NCBI GenBank assembly: GCA_040753215.1
Contig: JBFMEZ010000015.1
Span: forward strand, 1-24,634
From: Candidatus Micrarchaeota archaeon
GTDB taxonomy: Archaea > Micrarchaeota > Micrarchaeia > Anstonellales > Bilamarchaeaceae
Direction: 5' to 3'
DNA: 24,634 nucleotides
Part shown: positions 14,953 through 23,941 of the stretch, in pieces
Layout of the letters: the number at the start of each line of letters is the position of its first letter
Position numbering within the stretch: the first letter of the stretch is position 1
Notes under the pieces: generated by a model
Database searches by the model: none
What the model was told of the DNA's origin: nothing
Seen by the model: the letters and a program-made list of their open reading frames with translations, nothing else
Position numbers and translations under genes: made by a program

Positions 14953-15348
14953 TCAGCACCTCACCTCTCCCTTTTCAGCATCGACTTCCACGGCCATTCC
15001 GGTTTTCATGAATGAGTACATGTCCTTCTCCAGCATATCCAGCATGGGGATTTTGGAGATTATTGCCCCCACCGCAATAATAGTTTCCGCCTCCAGATTG
15101 ATGATTGCAAGGGGCGCGACCCCGTTCTTCTTGAGCTGGAGCAGAACATACGAGCCAACAGTAGAGCCCTTCCCCCTCGGGAAAACCAACACTCTCCCCG
15201 CAACGCTCTGTCCCTCCAGCTCGTGCCCCTTCTCGATTACAATCCCGGTCTTCGGGTCCACGCTTCCCAGGAATGAGATGGGGTCCATCGTAACCAGTGC
15301 AGGCCCCTTCGCATACCCTTTTGAAATAACCCTTCCCTTCACGATCAT
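14953..15348 (-). CDS. Phosphomevalonate dehydratase small subunit (DUF126, aconitase X swivel domain)
   Basis: PISFLGSVDPKTG, HEL.GQSV.GRVLVFP.GKGSTVGSY. Adjacent to the AcnX large subunit. Confidence 0.9.
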   Translation of the reverse strand: MIVKGRVISKGYAKGPALVTMDPISFLGSVDPKTGIVIEKGHELEGQSVAGRVLVFPRGKGSTVGSYVLLQLKKNGVAPLAIINLEAETIIAVGAIISKIPMLDMLEKDMYSFMKTGMAVEVDAEKGEVRC

Positions 15349-16553
15349 TTTTTCGCCTTCTTTTTTCCGCTCCCTTCAAATTGCAGCAAATCCCTCAATT
15401 TCGCGAAATGGACCTTCTGCTGGCACATGGTGGGCAGGTACTTTACCGCCTTCGCGGAATTAACTCCCGTGCTCCTGAAGCCCATCTCCTCCATGGGCGA
15501 AACAACCATGCACGTGTCCGCGACCAATTTTCCGCCTGCTTTCTCAATTATTCCGTTCAGTCCCTGCCTGACCGCAATCTCCTTGACTACGCGGGAAACG
15601 CAAATCCAGAGCGGCTTCTTCAGTTTCTTACCGCCGACCATCTCCGCTATTTCCTTAATCTCATCCAGGGATGCATGCGGGCAACCGGTAGTGATTATGT
15701 CCTCTTCCGGGCTCTCGTCCAGCGTCTTCCTCATCCTCCCCATTTCGGATTCGTCCGCAATAATCTCTTCCGCCCCATCCCGCACCTTCCATTCCGGAGT
15801 GATTCCTTCAATAAAGAATAATGAATTTGAGCCGAACGCCGCCATCGCCGCACCCAGGTACTTAAGCTCATCCTCGTTTGCTTTCTTTATGCCCCTGAAT
15901 GCAACCACCCTTCCGCGTGCAACCCCGCCCGCAATCGCCCCCAGCACCCCGAAATCGCTCCTGTCCGGAAGCGGAACCTTCACATCCACTACCAGGTCCG
16001 CAATCCTGTTTTCCTCCAGGTGCATCCCATAGTTGGGCGTTACTCCGCAGATTGCCGCGCAGAGGGCGGAAGGCCCCCCCTCCCGGTTAGTGTGTGCTCC
16101 CAAAACCGAGTTCGCAAACACTACCGCAGAGCTTTCAGCCCAAGCAATATGCTCTCCAACCTTTGGGCGCACCCCGATAAGATAAGGGGTGCATGTGCAC
16201 GTGGGCTTCATCCCCATGGAAGTGTACGCATCCAAAATCGCAATCTGCTTCTCCGCAAATTCCTTCGGGACCCTCATGGATTCCCATTCCTGCGAATCCA
16301 TCCCGATTGGGTTCAGGTATGCCGAAACTTCTACCTTTGTTCCCTTCTCCGCCAAATCCCGCAAATACTCCAGCCCCGCATCCCCTATAGTCTTGTACGA
16401 AACGCCCGAAATCTGCGCAGAACTTACCGGAACCATATTCTTGGCGCCATAGATTTTCGCAAGCGCGAGCAGGATTTCCATCGCCTGCTGCTTGCCCGGC
16501 CCGCATTCGCCATTCAGCATGCGCCTTTCATTTTTTGTAAGTTTTAGTTCCAT
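15345..16553 (-). CDS. Phosphomevalonate dehydratase large subunit (aconitase X, DUF521)
   Basis: ISGVSYKTIGDAG, TCTCTPY, AWAESSAV.FANSVLGA.TNREGGP, GCPHAS, DTCMVVSP. Confidence 0.92.
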   Translation of the reverse strand: MELKLTKNERRMLNGECGPGKQQAMEILLALAKIYGAKNMVPVSSAQISGVSYKTIGDAGLEYLRDLAEKGTKVEVSAYLNPIGMDSQEWESMRVPKEFAEKQIAILDAYTSMGMKPTCTCTPYLIGVRPKVGEHIAWAESSAVVFANSVLGAHTNREGGPSALCAAICGVTPNYGMHLEENRIADLVVDVKVPLPDRSDFGVLGAIAGGVARGRVVAFRGIKKANEDELKYLGAAMAAFGSNSLFFIEGITPEWKVRDGAEEIIADESEMGRMRKTLDESPEEDIITTGCPHASLDEIKEIAEMVGGKKLKKPLWICVSRVVKEIAVRQGLNGIIEKAGGKLVADTCMVVSPMEEMGFRSTGVNSAKAVKYLPTMCQQKVHFAKLRDLLQFEGSGKKKAKK

Positions 16554-17851
16554 CAGAAATAATCCTCCACTTTCACTTTTTTGTACTTCGCCCTGTAGAA
16601 CGCTTCCCTATTTTTCAAAGGAGCGGTTGCGTCCACCCCTACTTTAGTGGTTTCCCTTGTTTCCGGGTTCGCGGAAGGGTCAAGGGATGAGCCCTTCTCA
16701 TGCGGCTTCACCACCAGCCCGCGGTCGCCCTGGAAACGGGTGGCAATTGCCCACTCCACTTCCTCCATCTTATGGATATCCACGTCGTCATCCACAACAA
16801 CCACATGCTTCATGGATGCATGCCCCTTGAACGCCGCTTCTATTGCTTTCTTTCCATCGTCCTCATGCTTCTTATGGATAGAAACAACCCCGTGCAGCCA
16901 CGAGCACCCTCCCGGAGTGATGCTCGCTCCCTTGCACTCCGCGACCTTGCTCACCTCATTGAAAATAGTGGGCTCGCGGGGCATCCCCATCAATACTTTG
17001 TGCTCCATCCCGCCCGGCAGCAGCACATGGAACAATGCATCCTTCTGCGCATGTATCTTCTTCACTTCCATCACGCGCTGCCTGCGCACAATGTCATAAG
17101 TATCCGTCAAATCCACGAACGGCCCCTCATTCACAAGCTCGCGCGTAATCCTCCCTTCAAATACGAATTCGACTTCGGAAGGAACCTCTATCCCGTTCGG
17201 CAGTTTCACAGTCTCAAAAGGGGCGAGGGAATTCGCTATTTCCAATTCGTTGCTTCCTATACCGGTAGAAATCGCGGAAGCAAGCAATACATTTATCGGT
17301 GCTCCGATGATAACCGCAACATCCAATTCCCCTCCTGCGCGCTCAATAAATGCATCCAGGTGCCTCGGAAGAATGCGCACAGCCATCCTGTTCCCGTCCA
17401 GCTGCATCATCCGGTGGAAGGAGCAGTTTGTTCCGTATTCCGGGTCCTTCGCCACAACCACCCCGGAGCAGATGTACGGGCCGCCGTCTTTCTCCGTATG
17501 GAACGGAATCGGCAAATCATCCAGCGAAGAAGCAGTGGTTTCAAGCGCGGGCGAATTCTTTGCCGGTTTTGGTTTGCTCGGCCTGCTTATTGCATCCATC
17601 AGTTTTTTTGTTATCTCATCCACCCTGCACCCAAGATACTGCGCAACCAGTTCCCGCGTTGCAAACACATTCCCCACAGCCGCAAACTTCGCCCCTCCCA
17701 CATCCGGCGCAAGAATGGGCGTATCTTCCCGCGCCTTCATCAGCGCCGCAAGCTCCAGATTCTTGGACACTTTTTTCTTTATGCGCAGGAGCTGCTTCCC
17801 CTGCTCAAGTTCCTTTATAAAATCGCGGAAAGAACCTTTCAAGATTTCCAC
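16553..17851 (-). CDS. UbiD-family decarboxylase, likely trans-anhydromevalonate 5-phosphate decarboxylase
   Basis: DGGPYI, SFHR, EGPFVDLT..YD, VVVVDDDVD, EWAIATRFQ, GSSLDPS. Context with PMDh, UbiX and IPK. Confidence 0.9.
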   Translation of the reverse strand: MEILKGSFRDFIKELEQGKQLLRIKKKVSKNLELAALMKAREDTPILAPDVGGAKFAAVGNVFATRELVAQYLGCRVDEITKKLMDAISRPSKPKPAKNSPALETTASSLDDLPIPFHTEKDGGPYICSGVVVAKDPEYGTNCSFHRMMQLDGNRMAVRILPRHLDAFIERAGGELDVAVIIGAPINVLLASAISTGIGSNELEIANSLAPFETVKLPNGIEVPSEVEFVFEGRITRELVNEGPFVDLTDTYDIVRRQRVMEVKKIHAQKDALFHVLLPGGMEHKVLMGMPREPTIFNEVSKVAECKGASITPGGCSWLHGVVSIHKKHEDDGKKAIEAAFKGHASMKHVVVVDDDVDIHKMEEVEWAIATRFQGDRGLVVKPHEKGSSLDPSANPETRETTKVGVDATAPLKNREAFYRAKYKKVKVEDYF

Positions 17852-18372
17852 CTCTTATACAGATTGTGCTTTACCCCAGCCTGGTCCAGCACCTTCCCCA
17901 CCATGAAATCCACGAGCTGGGAAACCTCTTTATGCTTTGCGTAAAATCCAGGAGAAGCAGGCATTATCACGGCTCCAGCCAGTGAAGCGCGCGCCATATT
18001 CTCTATCGCCACTAATGAGAGCGGCGTCTCCCTAACCAGAAGTATGAGTTTCTTCCTCTCCTTGAGCATAACTTCCGCCGCACGCTCAATCAATCCTTTC
18101 CCGGTCCCGTTCGCCACATTGCCCAGGGTCTTCAGCGAGCAGGGCGCAATTATCATCACATCCGGCGAATTGCTTCCAGATGCGAAAGGCGCATCAATCT
18201 CGCTCTCCTTAAAATCTGCCTTCGGTAGCTTCACGCCTTCATACTTCGCGACTTTTCTGGCGGGCCCGCTTACCACTACATATACGGCGTGCCCGAGCTT
18301 CCTGAGCGCCTCCACCAGCCGCACCCCATAAGTGGTGCCGGACGCGCCGCTTATCGCGACAACTATGCGCAT
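17839..18372 (-). CDS. ubiX: Flavin prenyltransferase
   Basis: VAISGASG..YG, ASGS, IAPCS.KTL, RAAEV.LKERK.L.L..RETPL, PASPGFY. Confidence 0.95.
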   Translation of the reverse strand: MRIVVAISGASGTTYGVRLVEALRKLGHAVYVVVSGPARKVAKYEGVKLPKADFKESEIDAPFASGSNSPDVMIIAPCSLKTLGNVANGTGKGLIERAAEVMLKERKKLILLVRETPLSLVAIENMARASLAGAVIMPASPGFYAKHKEVSQLVDFMVGKVLDQAGVKHNLYKRWKS

Positions 18373-18423
18373 AATGGAATTCCTTAGCCCTTCTTTTTTA
18401 ACCTTCCCTTATGTATTCTTTAT

Positions 18424-19176
18424 ATGCAGGTGCTAAAACTGGGCGGCTCCGTGCTCACAAAAAAGCAGGGATACATGGAGCTGGACCAGAAGAACATAGA
18501 TTCGCTGGCAAAAATGCTGGGCGGCGTCTGGAAGTCCGGGGTGCGGGACTTCATCCTCATCCACGGCGCGGGCTCGTTCGGCCACCCCCTCGTGCTCAAA
18601 TACGGATTGGGAAAGGGGGTGCGCACCGCGGAGCAAAAAGCATCCATGGCCCTCACGCACTCCGCCTGCTCCCGCCTCTCCCTTGCGCTGGTTGATGCGC
18701 TGGCGAAGAACGGGGTTCCGGCGGTTACGGTTCCGCCCATTGCAATCGGGAGGCTGGAGAGAGGGAGGATATGCAGGCTGGAGCCGGAGATTGTGGAGGA
18801 GCTCCGCTTCAACGGCTTCCTCCCGGTGCTGCATGGCGACATGATGCTGGACGATGAACTTGGCGGCGCGGTGTGCTCCGGAGACCAGCTCGTTTCCTGG
18901 TTCGGCAGGGATGCGGAGCGCGTGATTCTCGGGACTGATGTTGATGGGATTATCGCAGATGGGAAAGTTGTCCCGCGGATAACAAAGGCAAATCTCACCG
19001 AAACCCTCAGGCACGTGAAGGGCGCGGAGGCCGCGGACGTAACAGGGGGGATGAGGGGAAAGCTGGAGGAGCTTCTAAAGATAGGGAAGCCCGCTTACAT
19101 AGCGAATGCCCTGCACCCCGAAAGGATAGAAAAGCTTCTTAAGGGGGAAAAAGCCCTCTGCACCCTCGTAGACTAG
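18424..19176 (+). CDS. Isopentenyl phosphate kinase
   Basis: Amino-acid-kinase fold: KLGGSVLTKK, HGAGSFGH (IPK His signature), PVLHGD, SGDQ, DVTGGM.GK. Confidence 0.92.
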   Translation: MQVLKLGGSVLTKKQGYMELDQKNIDSLAKMLGGVWKSGVRDFILIHGAGSFGHPLVLKYGLGKGVRTAEQKASMALTHSACSRLSLALVDALAKNGVPAVTVPPIAIGRLERGRICRLEPEIVEELRFNGFLPVLHGDMMLDDELGGAVCSGDQLVSWFGRDAERVILGTDVDGIIADGKVVPRITKANLTETLRHVKGAEAADVTGGMRGKLEELLKIGKPAYIANALHPERIEKLLKGEKALCTLVD

Positions 19177-19211
19177 AATACTTATAAACACTATTAACCA
19201 TATTATAGCCC

Positions 19212-20237
19212 ATGGACGAAAACGGCAGCGGAGCCGGAAGGCCGAAAATGCCGCCTCCTCCCGGGCAGAGGCAGGCAGCCAGGCCGCCCCCGCCACCGGC
19301 TGCGAGGAAGGCCACGCTTACCGGGATGCCTGCATGCGAGCCGCTTCCCTCCGCGCAAAAGCCGGCTCCGGAGCAGCCAGCCAAAAATACATTCAGGGAA
19401 ATCCTGGGGGAACCCGCCTATTCAAAAATGGTCGCCGCGCTCAGGATGATGTGCGGCTCCTGCGGAATCCAGATGTCCGAATTCCAGAGGCAGGGCGATT
19501 CGCTGCTTTTCCGCGGGCAGAGGATTGCGGCGGTGGAGGATGGAGGGATAAAGATACCTCTGGCAGCCTTCGGGGATGAGAATAAGGTTTATGCGCGCCT
19601 CTACTCGCTCATAGAAAGCGGCGCGCTGCCCGCAGGCGCGCTCGCGGGCCTTCCAGCGCTTCCGCCGGGGCTTTTCATACAGGTAACCGCCGCCGGCTTC
19701 GGGCTCACTTATAATCCGGGCCTGCAGGCGGCTCCGCAATCCGCCCTTTCTGACAGGATGCTGCTGAACGTGTGCAAGGTGCTGGGGCTCATCCAGGAGA
19801 CAGACGCCGACTACAAAGGCATCATTTCTGTGAAGGGCGACACGGTCGTGGTTTCTTCGGGAGGGGTTTTGAGGGAAATAGCCAGCGGCACTAATGAGAT
19901 GCGGATTTATTTCAATGCCCTCGGATGGAATGAAGAACCGGTGGGAACCCCAAACTCCAATGGCGCAATAAGGTTCGAAGGCCTGGCGGGCCAGGGCGGC
20001 GCCGAGGGGAAGGGCGGAAAACAGGACGCGAAGAAAAACCTTGAGACAAAGAAGTCGGCCTTCACCAGGGAGGTCCTTAAGAGATGCGGCGGCTGGGGGA
20101 CAAGCAGCGGTGGCGGCGCCATACATTTCACTGTTGCGAGGCACGTATTCTTCCTCATCACGGAAAGGGAGGTATCCTTTTGCGCCTCCAACAGGCAGGA
20201 CGGGCAACCTTCCATTTATTTAACCTTGCAGCTGTAG
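19212..20237 (+). CDS. Hypothetical protein with Pro-rich N-terminus
   Basis: 341-aa ATG ORF with TTATAAA about 23 nt upstream. No family recognised. Confidence 0.7.
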   Translation: MDENGSGAGRPKMPPPPGQRQAARPPPPPAARKATLTGMPACEPLPSAQKPAPEQPAKNTFREILGEPAYSKMVAALRMMCGSCGIQMSEFQRQGDSLLFRGQRIAAVEDGGIKIPLAAFGDENKVYARLYSLIESGALPAGALAGLPALPPGLFIQVTAAGFGLTYNPGLQAAPQSALSDRMLLNVCKVLGLIQETDADYKGIISVKGDTVVVSSGGVLREIASGTNEMRIYFNALGWNEEPVGTPNSNGAIRFEGLAGQGGAEGKGGKQDAKKNLETKKSAFTREVLKRCGGWGTSSGGGAIHFTVARHVFFLITEREVSFCASNRQDGQPSIYLTLQL

Positions 20238-20244
20238 CACCTGC

Positions 20245-20748
20245 ATGAGAAATGCATTGCTCGTTCTTGCCATCGGGTTTCTTCTTTTCGGGTGCATAGT
20301 CCAGGAGGAGAGGCGGGCCGAAATCGTGCCGGGGGAGAACGCGAGCCCGCCTGCGCAGGAGCCGCAGCAGCCGGGGGAAACCCCTGCGCTGAATGAAAGC
20401 GCCCTTCCCGAGCCAACGGAGGCGAGCCCGGAGGTGAACATCTCCGTTGAGAGGATGGAGACGGAGGTGGAAAACGTGACCGAGAAGGAGTATTTCGGAA
20501 TAGAGTTTGACGGCTACACCCTCCTTCTTGAAGACCTCGCGCCGCAGGGGGCCGGATACTGCGCGCTAATAAAAATAGTGAAGATAAACGGCACCATGAT
20601 GCAGGAGTTCGACCGTGCGCAAATCTGCCCCGGGGAGAGCCACTACTGGGTTTCCCCCGGGATGCACAGGTACAGGATAAAGGTCATTGAAACAGCCGCG
20701 GGCTACTCAAACAATGTCGCATGGGCGAACATAATAGTATATAGCTAG
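20245..20748 (+). CDS. Putative lipoprotein
   Basis: MRNALLVLAIGFLLFGC lipobox-like signal, Pro/Glu-rich linker, beta-rich C-terminal domain. Confidence 0.75.
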   Translation: MRNALLVLAIGFLLFGCIVQEERRAEIVPGENASPPAQEPQQPGETPALNESALPEPTEASPEVNISVERMETEVENVTEKEYFGIEFDGYTLLLEDLAPQGAGYCALIKIVKINGTMMQEFDRAQICPGESHYWVSPGMHRYRIKVIETAAGYSNNVAWANIIVYS

Positions 20749-21737
20749 AGGGTTGCAAGATTTATCCTTAATCCTTTATTCTGCGCCTTCGCCCTGTTCA
20801 TTACAATAGTTGCAGTAACTATATCCTGTATTCCCAATCCGGTGGAGTCGAATACGGTAATCTCGGAATCCCCCTCCCTTCCCTTCTTTTTCCCTGCAAC
20901 AATCTCCCCAAGCTCCGCGTGGATGTCCTTCCTCCCAATCAGCTTTTTGGAGATGGGAACGTTTATCTCCCCGGAATGGGATGCCTGCTCCCAGTCGTCT
21001 ATCACAATCATGCTCCTCTTCAGGATTTCCGGCTCCAGCTCCTCTTTCCCAGGCGCGTCAGCGCCAATCGCGTTTATGTGCATCCCTTCGTGAACCCATT
21101 CGTTCTTCACAATCGGCTGGTGCACTGGGGTAGTGGTCACAAGGATGTCCGAATCCGCACAGGCCCTCTTTGCGTCCGCCATCTCCGCCTCCTCGGCCTC
21201 AAGCCCGAGGGCCTGCGCGAACTTCACGAATTCTTCGGTGTGCTTCCTGCTGTGGTCCAGCGCATAGACCTTCCTTATCTTCATCACTTCCCTGTGCGCA
21301 AGGAGCTGGGTGTGCGCCTGCACCCCTGTCCCGATGAATGCGACATTCTTTGCATTCTTCTTTGCGAGGTATTTGGTTGCGATCCCGCCTGCCGCCCCGG
21401 TCCTCATTGCGGTGAGCCACGAGCCGCCCATCACCGCAAGGGGTGCTCCGCTCTCCGTATCAATCAGAATCACGGTCGCGAGCACGGTGGGAATATTCTT
21501 CTCCCTGGGATTGTTGGGAAAAACCGTAACGGCCTTCAGCCCGCTCTGCTTCAGGTTCTTGAGGTATGCGGGCATCACCCTCAAATCGCCCGCAGGGTAC
21601 ATTATGTACATCTTGGGCGGCATCTCCACGTTCCCGAGCCCCTTCTCCCTGAATGCGCCCTCCACAGCCGGGAGCACGTCCTTCATCTGCAGGATTTCTT
21701 TAACAAGTTTTTCTTCCAGGATTAAGGTTTCTGCCAT
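20745..21737 (-). CDS. ala: Archaeal alanine dehydrogenase (ornithine cyclodeaminase/mu-crystallin family)
   Basis: MPPKMY, GDLRVMPAY, LTAMRTGAAG, IGTGVQA, HINAIGADAPGKEEL, FDSTGL.IQD. Start placed at ATG 21737. Confidence 0.85.
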   Translation of the reverse strand: MAETLILEEKLVKEILQMKDVLPAVEGAFREKGLGNVEMPPKMYIMYPAGDLRVMPAYLKNLKQSGLKAVTVFPNNPREKNIPTVLATVILIDTESGAPLAVMGGSWLTAMRTGAAGGIATKYLAKKNAKNVAFIGTGVQAHTQLLAHREVMKIRKVYALDHSRKHTEEFVKFAQALGLEAEEAEMADAKRACADSDILVTTTPVHQPIVKNEWVHEGMHINAIGADAPGKEELEPEILKRSMIVIDDWEQASHSGEINVPISKKLIGRKDIHAELGEIVAGKKKGREGDSEITVFDSTGLGIQDIVTATIVMNRAKAQNKGLRINLATL

Positions 21738-21784
21738 CTGAACACCCGTAATGCCCCATCTTTCCAAATAAGGAATAAAAAGCT

Positions 21785-22051
21785 TCACATCTCTTCTTCG
21801 GAACCAGGCGCCTCCGGCTTCAATTTCTCCCCGGGCTTCATGCGCGGGGGGAGCAGCTCCTTCTCCGCCTTCGCCACCGCGGCCGCAAGGAGGTAATTCC
21901 CTATCGCCCTCGCAACCATGAAAGCCAGCTCTTCCTTCTCCTTCGCATCGCACTGCACAACGCAGCCGGGGAGCGCGGGGACGTATGCGATGATGCAGCC
22001 CTCCTGCGGAAGGACGGCCACCTCATACCCCTCGACTTTTATTTTCCTCAT
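21785..22051 (-). CDS. HicB-like antitoxin (partial RNase H fold)
   Basis: YEV...QEG.IIAYVPALPGC...EEL...ARAI..YL resembles the HicB N-domain. ATGA overlap with the upstream gene. Confidence 0.65.
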   Translation of the reverse strand: MRKIKVEGYEVAVLPQEGCIIAYVPALPGCVVQCDAKEKEELAFMVARAIGNYLLAAAVAKAEKELLPPRMKPGEKLKPEAPGSEEEM

Positions 22052-23034
22052 CCCTTCACACCCGCAGCGCGCAGCCTTTCCGGGGCGATTCCCGCCTGCC
22101 AGAAAAGGATGCAAAGCGCCGGAATCTCATACGCCATTGTGCCATGAAGCAGCAGGATACTTTCCGCCTCGCCGCCCTCCCCTCTTCTTATGCAGGCATT
22201 CACACCGGAGGCGATGGGCGTCACATAATAGCCGAGCCCTTCGAACAGCCGTTCCAGCATCTTCGGGTCCCTCAGCCCGCTGAAATCCAGTTTCTTATAC
22301 GGGTCAACCGCCCTGTCGGGCCTTTCGGAACTCCACTGACTTATGGTCCTGCCTATCAGCGCATCCAGCCCCGCCGTCTCTGCAATCTCCCGGAAGTTCC
22401 GGAAAAGCGCGGCAGGGTCCTTTTCATAATCAAGCCCCTTCGGCTTCCTGTCCCCGAAAACCCTGTCTATCACGCCTATCTTTTCATGCAGGAGTATGAG
22501 CGCGGGGTAGAAATCTGAGCTGGCGAGGAAATCCGGCACCTTCGAGAAGAAAGGCACGTAGGCCCTCCGGGGGAGCATTTCCAGCACCTTCGCGTGCCTT
22601 CTGGAGAATTCCTCCTCTCCAATCGCACCGGCCACCCTTTCCATGTCCCTCTCACTGGTTATGCCCAGGCTCCGGAATTTCCTCCTGGCCTCTTCGGAAA
22701 CAATCATCCTGAGCTCAGGCTGCCCGGGCACCGGGAAATTCTTCTTCCCCGCGCCTTTTTCCTCCGGCGCAGCGCCGGCCTTCCCGAACCGAATCTCCCT
22801 TGCCTCCGCAGCAGCGCAGAGCGCCCTTATGATCTCCTCCGCCTTCCTCAACTGCTTCGCAGGGAGCTTTTTCTTTTTCGTGCCCTGCAGGATCGCATAA
22901 ATAGCATGCAGGCTTGTCCTTCCGCTGAGCGCAAAATCCGGCTTTAGGGAAGACAGGAATCCGCTTATCTCCCCATAAAGCTCCGGGCTGAGCGAGCCCG
23001 CCTTCATCCTCTTCAGTCCCTTGAACTCCTCCAT
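22048..23034 (-). CDS. Hypothetical protein with degenerate HicA-like C-terminal domain
   Basis: SD GGAGGT before ATG 23034. The last ~80 aa (KL......PKMLERLFEGLGY.V...H.......L..L..QAGI..E.L) follow the HicA pattern but lack GSH. Confidence 0.6.
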   Translation of the reverse strand: MEEFKGLKRMKAGSLSPELYGEISGFLSSLKPDFALSGRTSLHAIYAILQGTKKKKLPAKQLRKAEEIIRALCAAAEAREIRFGKAGAAPEEKGAGKKNFPVPGQPELRMIVSEEARRKFRSLGITSERDMERVAGAIGEEEFSRRHAKVLEMLPRRAYVPFFSKVPDFLASSDFYPALILLHEKIGVIDRVFGDRKPKGLDYEKDPAALFRNFREIAETAGLDALIGRTISQWSSERPDRAVDPYKKLDFSGLRDPKMLERLFEGLGYYVTPIASGVNACIRRGEGGEAESILLLHGTMAYEIPALCILFWQAGIAPERLRAAGVKG

Positions 23035-23086
23035 AAGCACTTACCTCCGTAGGGGTTTTTATTCGCTTCCCTGCAATTATCCACCC

Positions 23087-23245
23087 ATGTTTGAAGGCCT
23101 GCAAAAGTGCGCAATCTGCAATGCGGAGCTTTCCCATGGGGAGGGGCAGAAGCACGTGGACCTGCACGGGTTTACGCACGCCTTCTGCGGAAGGTGCGTG
23201 CAGGATACGCACCAGGTGAAGCTGAAGCTCGGGCTGAAGCTCTAA
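23087..23245 (+). CDS. Small zinc-ribbon protein (52 aa)
   Basis: CAIC...FCGRC (two CxxC pairs), with TTTTTATT about 23 nt upstream. Confidence 0.6.
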   Translation: MFEGLQKCAICNAELSHGEGQKHVDLHGFTHAFCGRCVQDTHQVKLKLGLKL

Positions 23246-23264
23246 TCCTCATAAAGGTGGTCGA

Positions 23265-23717
23265 ATGGCGAATCCCAAACATATCCCTGCGCGGGCTGCA
23301 GACGGCATAGGCAGCCATCCGAGGGCGAGATGGGGGCTTTTCCGCGACGGTTCTTCCGCAAAGAAGCTGGAGGCGGAGGGCCGGCTTTTTGAAGCGGGAA
23401 TTGCGTATGTGGAATGCGGGAAGCACAGCAATGCGCTGAGGATGGTCCGCGCCATCCTTGCCGATGGTTTTCAGTCCCCGGTTTCCGGTTCTGAAAGCAG
23501 CTGTCTGCGGGCTGCGCGCATAATAATCGCCCTCTGGAAAAGCACGGGCGACGACGGGTGGCGGCTGTGCGCGGAGCGGCTGGGCAGGAAGGCGCAGGAG
23601 GAAGGGAATCTGGAGGATGCTGCGCTGATTTTTGAGGAGGCGGGCTTTGGGCATGCGGCCGCGCTTGCAAGGAAAAACCTGCGGCTTTCCACATGGTCCG
23701 ATTCTATAGGTAAATAG
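23265..23717 (+). CDS. Hypothetical protein (TPR/SNAP-like helical)
   Basis: 150-aa ATG ORF after AAGGTGG, with EG..FEAG..Y and EEGNLEDAALIFEEAG helical repeats. Confidence 0.55.
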   Translation: MANPKHIPARAADGIGSHPRARWGLFRDGSSAKKLEAEGRLFEAGIAYVECGKHSNALRMVRAILADGFQSPVSGSESSCLRAARIIIALWKSTGDDGWRLCAERLGRKAQEEGNLEDAALIFEEAGFGHAAALARKNLRLSTWSDSIGK

Positions 23718-23937
23718 ATAGCGCAAGAATCCCGTGTATTATCGCAACTATCAATCCTGCAACCGCAAGCCGCGAGGGTGCCGCCCAGCCGGCGGGGGCC
23801 CTCACGCCCCGGTATTTTATGAAGAAATTAAGTATTGCCGCGGAAAGGAAAAGGAGCAATGCGAGCAATCCCATCCAGACAACAAGCGGCTTGCCCAATA
23901 CTGCAGTATAAGCAATTCCCTTCAGGAATTCCAGCAC
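23704..23937 (-). CDS. Small two-TM membrane protein
   Basis: LGKPLVVWMGLLALLLFL and LAVAGLIVAIIHGILAL hydrophobic helices. Directly downstream of the cupredoxin gene. Start uncertain (GTG 23937 or 23955). Confidence 0.7.
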   Translation of the reverse strand: MLEFLKGIAYTAVLGKPLVVWMGLLALLLFLSAAILNFFIKYRGVRAPAGWAAPSRLAVAGLIVAIIHGILALSIYL

Positions 23938-23941
23938 TTCC

